Of a stretch of DNA of 32,000 nucleotides, positions 15,487-27,443 are shown in pieces. How positions within the stretch are numbered: the first letter of the stretch is position 1; every line of letters starts with the position of its first letter. The notes beneath the pieces are model-generated. The model was not told the origin of the DNA. It made no database searches and saw only the letters and a list, made by a program, of their open reading frames with translations. The translations under genes and the position numbers were made by a program. The DNA lies in the NCBI RefSeq assembly GCF_016127575.1, contig NZ_CP066018.1, positions 900,001 to 932,000 on the forward strand, given 5' to 3'. Source of the stretch: Cupriavidus necator (lineage in GTDB: Bacteria; Pseudomonadota; Gammaproteobacteria; Burkholderiales; Burkholderiaceae).

Positions 15487-16551
15487 TTACTGCACGACCT
15501 GCGACAGCTTGCCCGCCTTGTACTGCTGCGCGATATCGGTCAGGCCGATCGGCTTGATCTTGCCGGCCTGGCCTTCGCAGCCGAAGGCGATGTAGCGCGC
15601 CTTGCACACCTGCTTGGCGGCTTCGCGGGCCGGCTTCAGGTATTCGCGCGGGTCGAACTTGCTCGGGTTCTCGGCGAAGAAGCGGCGGATCGCGCCGGTC
15701 ATGGCCAGGCGGATGTCGGTGTCGATGTTGATCTTGCGCACGCCGTACTTGATCGCTTCCTGGATTTCCTCGACCGGCACGCCGTAGGTTTCCTTCATGT
15801 CGCCGCCGAACTTGCGGATCTCTTCCAGCAGTTCCTGCGGCACCGACGACGAGCCGTGCATCACCAGGTGGGTGTTGGGGATGCGGGCGTGGATTTCCTT
15901 GATGCGGCTGATCGCCAGGATGTCGCCGGTGGGCTTGCGCGTGAACTTGTAGGCGCCGTGCGAGGTGCCGATGGCGATGGCCAGGGCGTCCAGCTGGGTG
16001 GCCTTGACGAAGTCGGCGGCCTGCTCCGGATCGGTCAGCAGCATGGAGTGGTCCAGCACGCCGACGGCGCCGATGCCGTCTTCTTCGCCGGCTTCACCGG
16101 TTTCCAGCGAGCCCAGGCAGCCCAGTTCGCCTTCCACGGTCACGCCGACGGCGTGGGCCAGCTGCACCACCTTGCGGGTGACGTCGATGTTGTACTCGTA
16201 CTCGGCCGGGGTCTTGCCGTCTTCGCGCAGCGAGCCGTCCATCATCACCGACGAGAAGCCCAGGTCGATCGCGCCCTGGCAGATCGCCGGCGACTGGCCG
16301 TGGTCCTGGTGCATCACCACGGGGATGTGCGGGTAGGCTTCGACCGCGGCTTCGATCAGGTGGCGCAGGAAATGCTCACCGGCGTATTTGCGCGCGCCGG
16401 CCGAGGCTTGCATGATCACCGGGGCGTTGACCTCGTCGGCCGCCTGCATGATGGCCTGCACTTGCTCGAGGTTGTTCACGTTGAAGGCCGGCAGGCCGTA
16501 GCTGTTCTCGGCCGCGTGGTCCAGCAGCTGGCGCATCGATACGAGTGGCAT
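15487..16551 (-). CDS. fba: Class II fructose-1,6-bisphosphate aldolase (354-aa FbaA/CbbA type)
   Basis: Motifs present are [42 protein letters not shown] and LVMHGSS. Confidence 0.95.
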   Translation of the reverse strand: MPLVSMRQLLDHAAENSYGLPAFNVNNLEQVQAIMQAADEVNAPVIMQASAGARKYAGEHFLRHLIEAAVEAYPHIPVVMHQDHGQSPAICQGAIDLGFSSVMMDGSLREDGKTPAEYEYNIDVTRKVVQLAHAVGVTVEGELGCLGSLETGEAGEEDGIGAVGVLDHSMLLTDPEQAADFVKATQLDALAIAIGTSHGAYKFTRKPTGDILAISRIKEIHARIPNTHLVMHGSSSVPQELLEEIRKFGGDMKETYGVPVEEIQEAIKYGVRKINIDTDIRLAMTGAIRRFFAENPSKFDPREYLKPAREAAKQVCKARYIAFGCEGQAGKIKPIGLTDIAQQYKAGKLSQVVQ

Positions 16552-16601
16552 GTCTAACTCCTAAATAAAAATTGGGTGTCTCTGTATTTTTCTGTCGGCG
16601 C

Positions 16602-18038
16602 TCAATACCCCACCCTGACAATCTTCAGGGTGTTGGTACCGCCCGGCTGCCCCATCGGTTCGCCGATGGTCAGCACGATGAAATCGCCACGCTGCACCAC
16701 GCCCTGCGCCAGCAGCAGCTCTTCGGCCTGCTCGAGCGCGGTGTCGCGGTCGGCGCTGGACTGCAGCGGCAGCGGCACCACGTTGCGGTACAGCTGCATC
16801 TTGCGCTGCGAGGCCAGGTTGGGCGTCATCGCATAGATCGGCACATGGATTCGGTGACGGCTCATCCACAATGCGGTGGCGCCGGAATCGGTCAGCGCGG
16901 CAATCGCCTTCACCTGCAAATGATAGGCCGTGAACAGCGCACCCATCGCCACCGACTGGTCGATGCGCGAGAAGGTCTGGTTCAGGAAATCGGTGTCGAG
17001 CTGCACCACCTCGGACTTCTCGGCTTCGATGCAGACCGCGGCCATGGCCTCGACCGTCTCCACGGGGTAGCGGCCGGCGGCGGTTTCAGCCGACAGCATC
17101 ACCGCGTCGGTGCCGTCCAGCACGGCGTTGGCCACGTCCGAGACCTCGGCGCGCGTGGGCACCGGGTTGACGATCATGCTCTCCATCATCTGGGTGGCGG
17201 TGATGGTCAGCTTGTTGGCCTCGCGCGCCAGCTTGATCATGCGCTTCTGCAGCGCCGGCACGGCGGCATTGCCGACTTCCACGGCCAGGTCGCCGCGCGC
17301 CACCATGATGCCGTCGGACGCCTGCAGGATCTCTTCCAGCACGCCCGGGCGGATCGCCTCGGCACGTTCGATCTTGGCGATCATGCGGGCCTTGTGGCCG
17401 TGCGGCTGGCCGGCCACGGCGGTCAGCTGGCGCGCCATTTCCATGTCGGTGGCATTCTTGGGGAAGCTGACGGCGACGTAGTCCGCGCCCAGGGCCATGG
17501 CGGTCTTGATGTCGTCCATGTCCTTGGCGGTCAGCGCCGGCGCCGACAGCCCGCCGCCCTGGCGGTTGATGCCCTTGTTGTTGGACAGCTCGCCGCCCAC
17601 GCGCACGGTGGTGAAGATCTCGCTGCCGAACACACGGTCCACCACCAGCACGATCAGGCCGTCGTTGAGCAGCAGCAGGTCGCCCGGGCCGACGTCGCGC
17701 GGCAGGTCCTGGTAGTCCAGGCCGGCGCGCTGCTCGTTGCCGAGCTGGCAGCTCGAATCCAGGATGAACGGATCGCCCACCTTGAGCGTGATCTTGCCGT
17801 GCTCGAACTTGCCGACGCGGATCTTGGGGCCCTGCAGGTCGGCCATGATGGCGACCTCGCGCCCGCATGCCTGCGCGGCTTCGCGCACCAGGCGGGCGCG
17901 GTCGAGATGGTCCTGGGCGGTGCCGTGCGAAAAATTCAGCCGCACCACGTCGACCCCCGCCGCGATCATGCGGGTCAGGATTTCCAGCGAGCTGGAGGCG
18001 GGGCCGATGGTGGCGACGATCTTGGTGGAACGAGTCAT
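16602..18038 (-). CDS. pyk: Pyruvate kinase
   Basis: Motifs present are TKIVATIGPAS, VVRLNFSHG, IMVARGDLAVEVG and ATQMMESM (478 aa). Confidence 0.95.
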   Translation of the reverse strand: MTRSTKIVATIGPASSSLEILTRMIAAGVDVVRLNFSHGTAQDHLDRARLVREAAQACGREVAIMADLQGPKIRVGKFEHGKITLKVGDPFILDSSCQLGNEQRAGLDYQDLPRDVGPGDLLLLNDGLIVLVVDRVFGSEIFTTVRVGGELSNNKGINRQGGGLSAPALTAKDMDDIKTAMALGADYVAVSFPKNATDMEMARQLTAVAGQPHGHKARMIAKIERAEAIRPGVLEEILQASDGIMVARGDLAVEVGNAAVPALQKRMIKLAREANKLTITATQMMESMIVNPVPTRAEVSDVANAVLDGTDAVMLSAETAAGRYPVETVEAMAAVCIEAEKSEVVQLDTDFLNQTFSRIDQSVAMGALFTAYHLQVKAIAALTDSGATALWMSRHRIHVPIYAMTPNLASQRKMQLYRNVVPLPLQSSADRDTALEQAEELLLAQGVVQRGDFIVLTIGEPMGQPGGTNTLKIVRVGY

Positions 18039-18092
18039 GCGCGGAATTCCTGGTTCAGGGCCCCGGCAATACCGCCGGGCCCGGCGGATGCG

Positions 18093-19289
18093 TCAGCCTG
18101 CGGCGCGCTGCTCCAGCACTTCGAATGCGGGCAGCTTCTTGCCTTCCAGGAATTCCAGGAACGCGCCGCCGCCGGTGGAGATATAGCCCACGCGGTCGGC
18201 AATGCCGTACTTGGCGATCGCGGCCAGCGTGTCGCCGCCGCCGGCGATCGAGAACGCCTTCGATTCAGCGATGGCCTGGGCCAGCACCTTGGTGCCGTTG
18301 CCGAACTGGTCGAATTCGAACACGCCCACCGGGCCGTTCCAGACGATGGTGCCGGCGGCCTTGAGCTGCTCGGCCAGCATCGCGGCGGTCCTGGGGCCGA
18401 TGTCCAGGATCATGTCGTCGTCGGCCACGTCCTTGACGTCCTTGACGGTGGCCGCGGCAGTGGCGCTGAATTCCTTGGCGCACACCACGTCGACCGGGAT
18501 CGGCACCGAGGCGCCCCGCCTGGCCATGATGTCGATGATGGTTTTGGCGTCGCCGACCAGGTCGGCTTCGGCCAGTGACTTGCCGATCTTCAGGCCGGCG
18601 GCCAGCATGAAGGTATTGGCGATGCCGCCGCCGACGATCAGGTTGTCGACCTTGTCGGCCAGCGACTTCAGGATGGTCAGCTTGGTCGAGACCTTGGACC
18701 CGGCCACGATCGCCACCAGCGGGCGCGCCGGCTGGCCCAGCGCCTTGCCCAGCGCGTCGATCTCGGCGGCCAGCAGCGGGCCGGCGCAGGCGATCGGGGC
18801 GTACTTGGCGATGCCATGCGTGGTGGCTTCGGCACGGTGGGCGGTGCCGAAGGCATCGTTCACGTAGACGTCACACAGCTTGGCCATCTTCCGGGCCAGT
18901 TCGTCGCTGTTCTTCTTTTCGCCCTTGTTCACGCGGCAGTTTTCCAGCAGCACCACCTGGCCCGGCGCCACCTCGACGCCGTCGACCCAGTTCTGCACCA
19001 GCTTGACCGGCTTGCCCAGCAGCTCGGACAGGCGCGTGGCGATCGGCGCCAGCGAGTCCTCGGGCTTGAACTCGCCCTCGGTCGGGCGGCCCAGGTGGGA
19101 GGTGACCATCACCGCGGCGCCGCCAGCCAGGCATGCCTCGATGGCCGGCACCGAGGCGCGGATGCGGGTGTCCTCGGTGATGTTGCCGGCGTCATCCTGC
19201 GGCACGTTCAGGTCGGCGCGGATAAACACCCGCTTGCCGGAGATTTTGCCTTGGGAAATCAGGTCGGAAAGACGCAGGACAGAGGTCAT
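18093..19289 (-). CDS. pgk: Phosphoglycerate kinase
   Basis: Motifs present are [39 protein letters not shown] and [10 protein letters not shown] (398 aa). Confidence 0.96.
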   Translation of the reverse strand: MTSVLRLSDLISQGKISGKRVFIRADLNVPQDDAGNITEDTRIRASVPAIEACLAGGAAVMVTSHLGRPTEGEFKPEDSLAPIATRLSELLGKPVKLVQNWVDGVEVAPGQVVLLENCRVNKGEKKNSDELARKMAKLCDVYVNDAFGTAHRAEATTHGIAKYAPIACAGPLLAAEIDALGKALGQPARPLVAIVAGSKVSTKLTILKSLADKVDNLIVGGGIANTFMLAAGLKIGKSLAEADLVGDAKTIIDIMARRGASVPIPVDVVCAKEFSATAAATVKDVKDVADDDMILDIGPRTAAMLAEQLKAAGTIVWNGPVGVFEFDQFGNGTKVLAQAIAESKAFSIAGGGDTLAAIAKYGIADRVGYISTGGGAFLEFLEGKKLPAFEVLEQRAAG

Positions 19290-19671
19290 GGCGATGGATG
19301 GCGCGAGATTTCGCTGGAATTCGGGGAAACGGGCATTTTACCTGATCGTGGTCAACGCTTTGCCGATTCCGGACCGTTACGCACTTAGCATGCGGCCCTT
19401 GCAGCACATTCAGGACAACCCCACAGGGTGCTAGTGACATACCTCCCCACGAAAGAAGGGTCAGCTCCATGCCCCTCTTGACCCCCGAGTGCGGTAATGT
19501 ATGCAACGTCTGCTATAACAGACACGCAAAAAGCGCCAGAGCCGGTCTTGAAACGGCCATGACAACAGGCGGCCAAAATAACAAGCAGCCAAAAAGAATG
19601 CAGCCGGTGTGCGATCAGACGCAGCGCCGGCGCCGCGCATTTCCTTGTCGCGAATGCAGGGGGTGAGTCAG

Positions 19672-20778
19672 ATGAAAGAAGCCGACATGCACGGAGCGAT
19701 CCGTGGCTTGTACGAGGGCATTCTCGATCCCGGTGCCTGGCAGCAGAGCCTGCACACCCTGACGGAACTGGCGGACACGGCACATGCCTCGATGATGGTC
19801 TGGGACACCGTCCGCGACCAGGTCACCGTCAATGAGATCGTCAATCCGGTGGTGGAACTGTTTTCCGAGTACGAATCGGACTACCAGGCCATCGATCCGG
19901 CCAAGCAGTACGCGCCGCGCCTTCGGCCGGGCGACTGGTATATCGACGCGCGCGAACTGGGCGAAGGCACCATGGCCCGCCATCCGTTCTACCGCGACTT
20001 CTTCCACCGCTACGACCTGCGCTCCTACGTGGCCTGCCTGGTCGAGCGCCAGCCCCACTACGAAGTCTATTTCTCGATGCAGCGCGCGCGCACGCAGCCG
20101 CTGTTCTCGCCCGACGACACCCGCGGCATGGACTGGATCATCCCGCATATGCGCAGCGCCATGGCCATGCGCGACCGCACGCTGGGGCTGACGGTGCTGG
20201 CGCGGCTGTCGACGCAGCTGGTGGAGCGGCTCAATTTTGCCCTGCTGGTGTTCTCGCCGCAGCGCCAGGTGCTGCTGAGCAACCGCGCCGGCGAGCGCTG
20301 GGCGCGGCGCCTGGACCCGGCCGGCAAGGTGTCGGACTGGAACCTGTCGCGCCCGTTCGCCGACATGGTGCAGGCCGCCTGCGACCCGCAGCGCGCGGTC
20401 GCCGCGCAGGCCGCCCGCGCCACCGACGGCAACGGTGCCTGCGCGCAGGTGATCGTGCTGCCGCTGCCGCCCTCGCACGCGTTTGCCGCGCAATGGCAGG
20501 AACCGGCGGCACTGGTGATCGTGCATGAGCAGGACAGCGCGCCGCTGTTGCTGGCGCCGGTGCTGCGCGACCTGTACGGGCTGACCCCGGCGGAGACCCG
20601 GCTGACCACCCAGCTGGCCACCGGCCAGGGCCTGCCCGAAGCCAGCCAGCAGCTGAATATCCGCCACGAAACCGCGCGCACCCAGCTCAAGGCCATATTC
20701 CACAAGACCGGCTGCAACAGCCAGGCCCAGCTGACGCATCTGCTCTCGCGCCTGGGCGCGGCGCTGGACGAGGCCTGA
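19672..20778 (+). CDS. LuxR-family (GerE-type HTH) transcriptional regulator with a ~300-aa non-AHL N-terminal sensor region, paralog 1
   Basis: The C-terminus LYGLTPAETRLTTQLATGQGLPEASQQLNIRHETARTQLKAIFHKTGCNSQAQLTHLL is a GerE/LuxR HTH. The N-terminus has the IRGLYEGILDPGAWQQSL motif and a PAS-like FALLVFSPQRQVLLSNRAGERW. The start could be ATG 19672 or 19687. Confidence 0.8.
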   Translation: MKEADMHGAIRGLYEGILDPGAWQQSLHTLTELADTAHASMMVWDTVRDQVTVNEIVNPVVELFSEYESDYQAIDPAKQYAPRLRPGDWYIDARELGEGTMARHPFYRDFFHRYDLRSYVACLVERQPHYEVYFSMQRARTQPLFSPDDTRGMDWIIPHMRSAMAMRDRTLGLTVLARLSTQLVERLNFALLVFSPQRQVLLSNRAGERWARRLDPAGKVSDWNLSRPFADMVQAACDPQRAVAAQAARATDGNGACAQVIVLPLPPSHAFAAQWQEPAALVIVHEQDSAPLLLAPVLRDLYGLTPAETRLTTQLATGQGLPEASQQLNIRHETARTQLKAIFHKTGCNSQAQLTHLLSRLGAALDEA

Positions 20779-20835
20779 ACACCACGCGCCCGGCAGCGGG
20801 CCGGCGCCGCGCCCGCGGCCCGCCCGTTGCCCCGC

Positions 20836-20878
20836 GAAGAAAGTGCTAAAAATAAAAGAAGTAAAAAGAAGGGAAGCC
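20836..20878 (+). promoter_or_regulatory. AT-rich polypurine tract immediately upstream of the second LuxR gene
   Basis: The sequence is GAAGAAAGTGCTAAAAATAAAAGAAGTAAAAAGAAGGGAAGCC. About 86% of the plus strand is purine, and G+C is far below the surrounding ~67%. It contains the probable SD (AAGAAGGGAAG). Confidence 0.3.
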
Positions 20879-22021
20879 ATGAGCGACACACAGATGCACG
20901 ACACCATTCGCGCGCTGTACGAGGGGATCTTCGATGCCGATGCCTGGCAGCGCAGCCTGGGCGCGCTGTGCCAGGCGAGCGGCAGCACGCATGCCCATCT
21001 GCTGGTGCTCGACACCGTCAACGAGCGCGTGCTGGTGAACCAGGAGGTCAACCCCATGCCGGAGGCGGTGGCCGCCTACAGCGAACACTACGTAGCCATC
21101 GACCCGGCCCTGCCGTTCGCCAGGCGCATGTCGGTGGGCAACTGGTATATCGATTCACGCGAGCTGGGCGCGCAGGCGATGCGCAAGTCGCCCTTCTACG
21201 GCGAGTTCCTGCGGCAATTCGAACAGTCGTCGGTGATGGCCTGCCTGATCGAGCGCCAGCCGCACTACGACGTGTTCCTGTCGCTGCAGCGCCCGCAGGG
21301 CCACGACCACTATTCGCCCGAAGACGCGCGCGCGCTCGACTGGGCCATCCCGCACATGCGCCATGCGATGGCGCTGCGCGACCGCACCCACCAGGTGTCG
21401 ACACTGGCGCATGCGTCGGCGCAACTGATGGAGCGGCTGCCGTTCGGCGTGATCGTGTTCCGCGACGACGGCAAGCCGCTGCTGGCCAACAGCATTGGCG
21501 AGACCTGGGTGCGCCGGCTGCTGCCGGCGGTGTCGGTCGAAACCCGCGCCGTGGCGCCGCCCGCCATAGCCGTGCGCGAGGAAGCCGACTGGCAGCTGTC
21601 GCGCCCGTTTGCCGAGGCGCTGCGGGCGGCATGCAACCCCGCCAACCCGCAGCCGGCGCAGGCGCTGCGTGCGGTCGACAGCGCCGGCCGCCAGGCCCAG
21701 GTCGTGCTGCTGCCGCTGCCGCCGGCACACCATCTGGCGATGGACTGGCAGCGCCCCAGCGTGCTGGTGGCGATCCACGAGCCCGGCACCGCGCCGATGA
21801 CGCTGCCAGCCGTTTTGCGCGACCTCTACGGCCTCACTCCGGCCGAGACCCGGCTGGCACTGCAGCTGTCATCGGGCATCGGCCTGCCCGAGGCGTGCGA
21901 GCTGATCGGCATCCGGCGCGAGACCGGGCGCACGCAACTCAAGGCGATCTTCACCAAGACCGGGACGGGCACGCAGGCGCAACTGGCGCACCTGCTCACG
22001 CGGCTGGGGGTACGGACCTGA
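20879..22021 (+). CDS. LuxR-family (GerE-type HTH) transcriptional regulator, paralog 2 (tandem duplicate)
   Basis: It is collinear with paralog 1 over its whole length (IRALYEGIFDADAWQRSL; WYIDSRELG; ERQPHYDV; IPHMRHAMALRDRT; LRDLYGLTPAETRL; RTQLKAIFTKTG). By eye, roughly half the residues are identical. Confidence 0.8.
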   Translation: MSDTQMHDTIRALYEGIFDADAWQRSLGALCQASGSTHAHLLVLDTVNERVLVNQEVNPMPEAVAAYSEHYVAIDPALPFARRMSVGNWYIDSRELGAQAMRKSPFYGEFLRQFEQSSVMACLIERQPHYDVFLSLQRPQGHDHYSPEDARALDWAIPHMRHAMALRDRTHQVSTLAHASAQLMERLPFGVIVFRDDGKPLLANSIGETWVRRLLPAVSVETRAVAPPAIAVREEADWQLSRPFAEALRAACNPANPQPAQALRAVDSAGRQAQVVLLPLPPAHHLAMDWQRPSVLVAIHEPGTAPMTLPAVLRDLYGLTPAETRLALQLSSGIGLPEACELIGIRRETGRTQLKAIFTKTGTGTQAQLAHLLTRLGVRT

Positions 22022-22037
22022 CCGAGGCCGGCGCGCG

Positions 22038-23057
22038 TCAGTCGATCGACGCGCCCACGGTCTTGACCACCCCCGCCCACTTCTGCCGATCCCCCTTCAC
22101 CGTAGCCTTGAACTGATCCACGGTCTCGACCCGCGGCGTGTTGCCGGCATCGATCAGCTTCTGGCGGATCGCCGGCGTTTCCAGCGCCACCTTCACCGCA
22201 TCGTTGACCTTGCGCGCGATCTTCGGATCCAGCCCCTTGGGCCCGAAGAAGCCGAACCAGATGGTGCTGTTGAAGCCGGGCAGGCCGCTCTCGGCAATGG
22301 TCGGCACGTCGGGAATCACTTGCACGCGCTGCTTGGTGGTCACGCCCAGCAGGCGCACCTTGCCGGCGCGGTACTGCGGCAGCACGCTCTGCACCTGGTT
22401 GAAGATGCAGCAGACCTCGCCCTTCACCACCGCCTGCAGCGCGTCGGGGCCGCCCTTGTAGGGCACGTGGACCATGTCCAGGCCGGCGCGCGCATTGAAC
22501 TCGGCAAAGGCCAGGTGCGTGCCGGTGCCGTTGCCGGTGGAGGCAAAGTTGTACTTGCCCGGGTTGGCCTTGACCTTCTCGATAAACTCCTTGACCGACT
22601 TCACGTCCAGCACCGCCGGGTTGACGGTCAGCACGTTGGAGACCTCGACCAGCGGCGCGATCGGGGTGAAATCGGCCTCGGCGTCGAACGGCAGGTTCTT
22701 GTACAGCGCCGGGTTGATGCCGTGCGTGGCGGCGGTGCCCAGCAGCAGCGTGTAGCCATCCGGCCTGGCATGCGCCACCACCTCGGAGGCGACGTTGCCG
22801 CCGGCGCCCGGCCGGTAGTCGTAGATGATGGTGGCCTTCAGCGACTTCTGCAGCGATTCCTGCAGCGTGCGGCCGACGATGTCGACGCCGGAGCCGGCAG
22901 TAAAGCCCATCAGGATCGTCACCGGCTGCGTCGGCCACTCCCCTTGCGCGCGGGCGGGCGAGCTGACCGTGCTGATGGCAGCGGCGGCGCACAGCGCGGC
23001 CAGGCCGGTAGCGGAACGGAAGGACAAGCGCGGAAGCAGGCGGGACGAAGTAGGCAT
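22038..23057 (-). CDS. Bug-family (TctC-like) tripartite tricarboxylate transporter substrate-binding protein, orphan
   Basis: It has a signal peptide, then WPTQPVTILMGFTAGSGVDIVGR, YRPGAGGNVASE, PDGYTLLLG and ASTGNGTGTHLA, all typical Bug/TctC motifs. No tctA or tctB genes are nearby. The start is ATG 23057 or GTG 23066. Confidence 0.88.
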   Translation of the reverse strand: MPTSSRLLPRLSFRSATGLAALCAAAAISTVSSPARAQGEWPTQPVTILMGFTAGSGVDIVGRTLQESLQKSLKATIIYDYRPGAGGNVASEVVAHARPDGYTLLLGTAATHGINPALYKNLPFDAEADFTPIAPLVEVSNVLTVNPAVLDVKSVKEFIEKVKANPGKYNFASTGNGTGTHLAFAEFNARAGLDMVHVPYKGGPDALQAVVKGEVCCIFNQVQSVLPQYRAGKVRLLGVTTKQRVQVIPDVPTIAESGLPGFNSTIWFGFFGPKGLDPKIARKVNDAVKVALETPAIRQKLIDAGNTPRVETVDQFKATVKGDRQKWAGVVKTVGASID

Positions 23058-23155
23058 GGGGGGCACCGTCGGTAAGTATCAGCAAGATAAGACCCGGCGC
23101 GGCGGGTCGGCACAATGATGACCGGGATCTGAGCCCCGGGCCAGCGCCACACGAT

Positions 23156-23171
23156 AGCAAGGTTCCTGCCA
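23156..23171 (-). promoter_or_regulatory. Candidate sigma-54 (-24/-12) promoter upstream of the Bug gene
   Basis: The minus strand reads TGGCAG-GAACC-TTGCT against the consensus TGGCAC-N5-TTGCW. The GG-N10-GC spacing is exact, the orientation is correct, and it lies about 100 nt upstream of the start codon. Confidence 0.4.
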
Positions 23172-23238
23172 AAACCAAACGACCGTGTTCGCTTGAGGGT
23201 ATTCGATCGGGGCATATGTACCCCTCCTCGGCATCGCC

Positions 23239-26310
<3,072 letters not shown>

Positions 26311-26358
26311 GAATGCCCGAAAAAGAGGATTCTAGACCGCAGCGGCGCCCGCACCGCG

Positions 26359-26387
26359 TTGTGACCCATGCCCCCCGGGCTTACAAT
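26359..26387 (+). promoter_or_regulatory. Candidate sigma-70 promoter for ilvE (TTGTGA-N17-TACAAT)
   Basis: -35 is at 26359-26364 and -10 at 26382-26387, about 39 nt upstream of the ilvE ATG, in the divergent spacer shared with the SNF2 gene. Confidence 0.35.
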
Positions 26388-26425
26388 ATCGTTTTTGCTA
26401 TTTCCACGGCGCAGGGAGAACAGAC

Positions 26426-27346
26426 ATGTCGATGGCGGATCGCGACGGCAAGATTTGGATGGACGGCAAGCTGATCGAATGGCGCGACGCCAAGATCCAC
26501 GTGCTGACGCATACGCTGCACTATGGCATGGGCGTGTTCGAGGGCGTACGCGCCTACAAGACCCCCGAAGGCACAGCCATCTTCCGCCTGAAGGAGCACA
26601 CCCGCCGCCTGTTCAATTCGGCCAAGATCTTCCAGATGGTCATGCCCTTCGACGAGGCCACGCTGGAAGCGGCGCAGCGAGAAGTGGTGCGCGCCAACAA
26701 GCTGGAATCCTGCTACATCCGCCCGATCGTGTGGGTCGGCGACGAGAAACTGGGCGTCTCGGCCAAGGGCAACACCATCCACGTGGCAATCGCGGCCTGG
26801 CCGTGGGGCGCCTACCTGGGCGAGGAAGGCATGGAGCGCGGCATCCGCGTGAAGACCTCGTCGTTCACGCGCCACCACGTCAACGTGTCGCTGGTGCGCG
26901 CCAAGGCGAGCGGCTACTACATCAACTCGATCCTGGCCAACCAGGAAGCCACCGGCCTGGGCTACGACGAAGCGCTGCTGCTCGACACCGAGGGCTATGT
27001 CAGCGAAGGCTCGGGCGAGAACGTCTTCATCGTGCGCAACGGCGTGATCTACACCCCGGACCTGGCCTCGTGCCTGGACGGCATCACCCGCGACGCCACC
27101 CTGACCATCGCGCGCGACCTGGGCATCGAGGTGCGTGAAAAGCGCATCACCCGCGACGAGATGTACTGCGCCGACGAAGCCTTCTTCACCGGCACCGCCG
27201 CCGAAGTCACGCCGATCCGCGAACTGGACGACCGCGTCATCGGCGAAGGCCGCCGCGGCCCGGTGACCAAGCAGATCCAGGACGCGTTCTTTGCCGCCGT
27301 GGGCGGCACCAACGAAAAGTACAAGAAGTGGCTGACGCTGGTCTGA
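26426..27346 (+). CDS. ilvE: Branched-chain amino acid aminotransferase
   Basis: It shows fold-type IV PLP enzyme motifs (HTLHYGMGVFEGVRAY, CYIRP, ENVFIVRNGVIYTP, LDGITRD, FFTGTAAEVTPI). It is 306 aa, and the SD GGGAGAA precedes the ATG. Confidence 0.95.
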   Translation: MSMADRDGKIWMDGKLIEWRDAKIHVLTHTLHYGMGVFEGVRAYKTPEGTAIFRLKEHTRRLFNSAKIFQMVMPFDEATLEAAQREVVRANKLESCYIRPIVWVGDEKLGVSAKGNTIHVAIAAWPWGAYLGEEGMERGIRVKTSSFTRHHVNVSLVRAKASGYYINSILANQEATGLGYDEALLLDTEGYVSEGSGENVFIVRNGVIYTPDLASCLDGITRDATLTIARDLGIEVREKRITRDEMYCADEAFFTGTAAEVTPIRELDDRVIGEGRRGPVTKQIQDAFFAAVGGTNEKYKKWLTLV

Positions 27347-27373
27347 GCACCGGCTGCCAGCCCCTGTTGCGCG

Positions 27374-27392
27374 CGCCCGGCACTGCCGGGCG
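27374..27392 (+). terminator. Short hairpin after ilvE (7-bp stem CGCCCGG/CCGGGCG)
   Basis: It lies 28 nt after the stop. A TGTTTT run follows only 17 nt later, so this is a weak terminator candidate. Confidence 0.2.
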
Positions 27393-27443
27393 AGGCACAC
27401 CCTCTGTTTTCATCGAACAATAAGCATCACTCCCTGCAACACC

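Noticed and set aside
16572-18578. A 668-aa plus-strand ORF antisense to pyk and pgk.
   Set aside because: It has the same artefact pattern: it overlaps two unmistakable glycolytic genes and has no motifs or start context.
19349-19363. TGGTCA-ACGCT-TTGC, a sigma-54-like spacing, on the plus strand about 310 nt upstream of luxR-1.
   Set aside because: Only the GG/GC dinucleotides and the TTGC match, and the -24 box is poor (TGGTCA against TGGCAC). The implied leader is very long, so it is indistinguishable from chance.
19469-19666. A 65-aa ORF (and the minus-strand ORFs 19192..19506 and 19385..19783) in the pgk/luxR spacer.
   Set aside because: None has a Shine-Dalgarno. Composition and codon usage are unlike neighbouring genes, they overlap real gene starts, and the Cys/Arg-rich translation looks random.
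20843-20878. A GTG-initiated 12-codon N-terminal extension of luxR-2 (MLKIKEVKRREA).
   Set aside because: It would use CTA, ATA, AAA, GTA, AGA and AGG codons, which are very atypical for this genome. Paralogue 1 aligns from the ATG at 20879, and the tract behaves like non-coding DNA.
22018-22041. A palindrome CTGAC...GTCAG containing both stop codons of the convergent luxR-2 and Bug genes, considered as a bidirectional terminator.
   Set aside because: The stem is only 5 bp with a 14-nt unpaired interior and no U-tracts, which is too weak to call.
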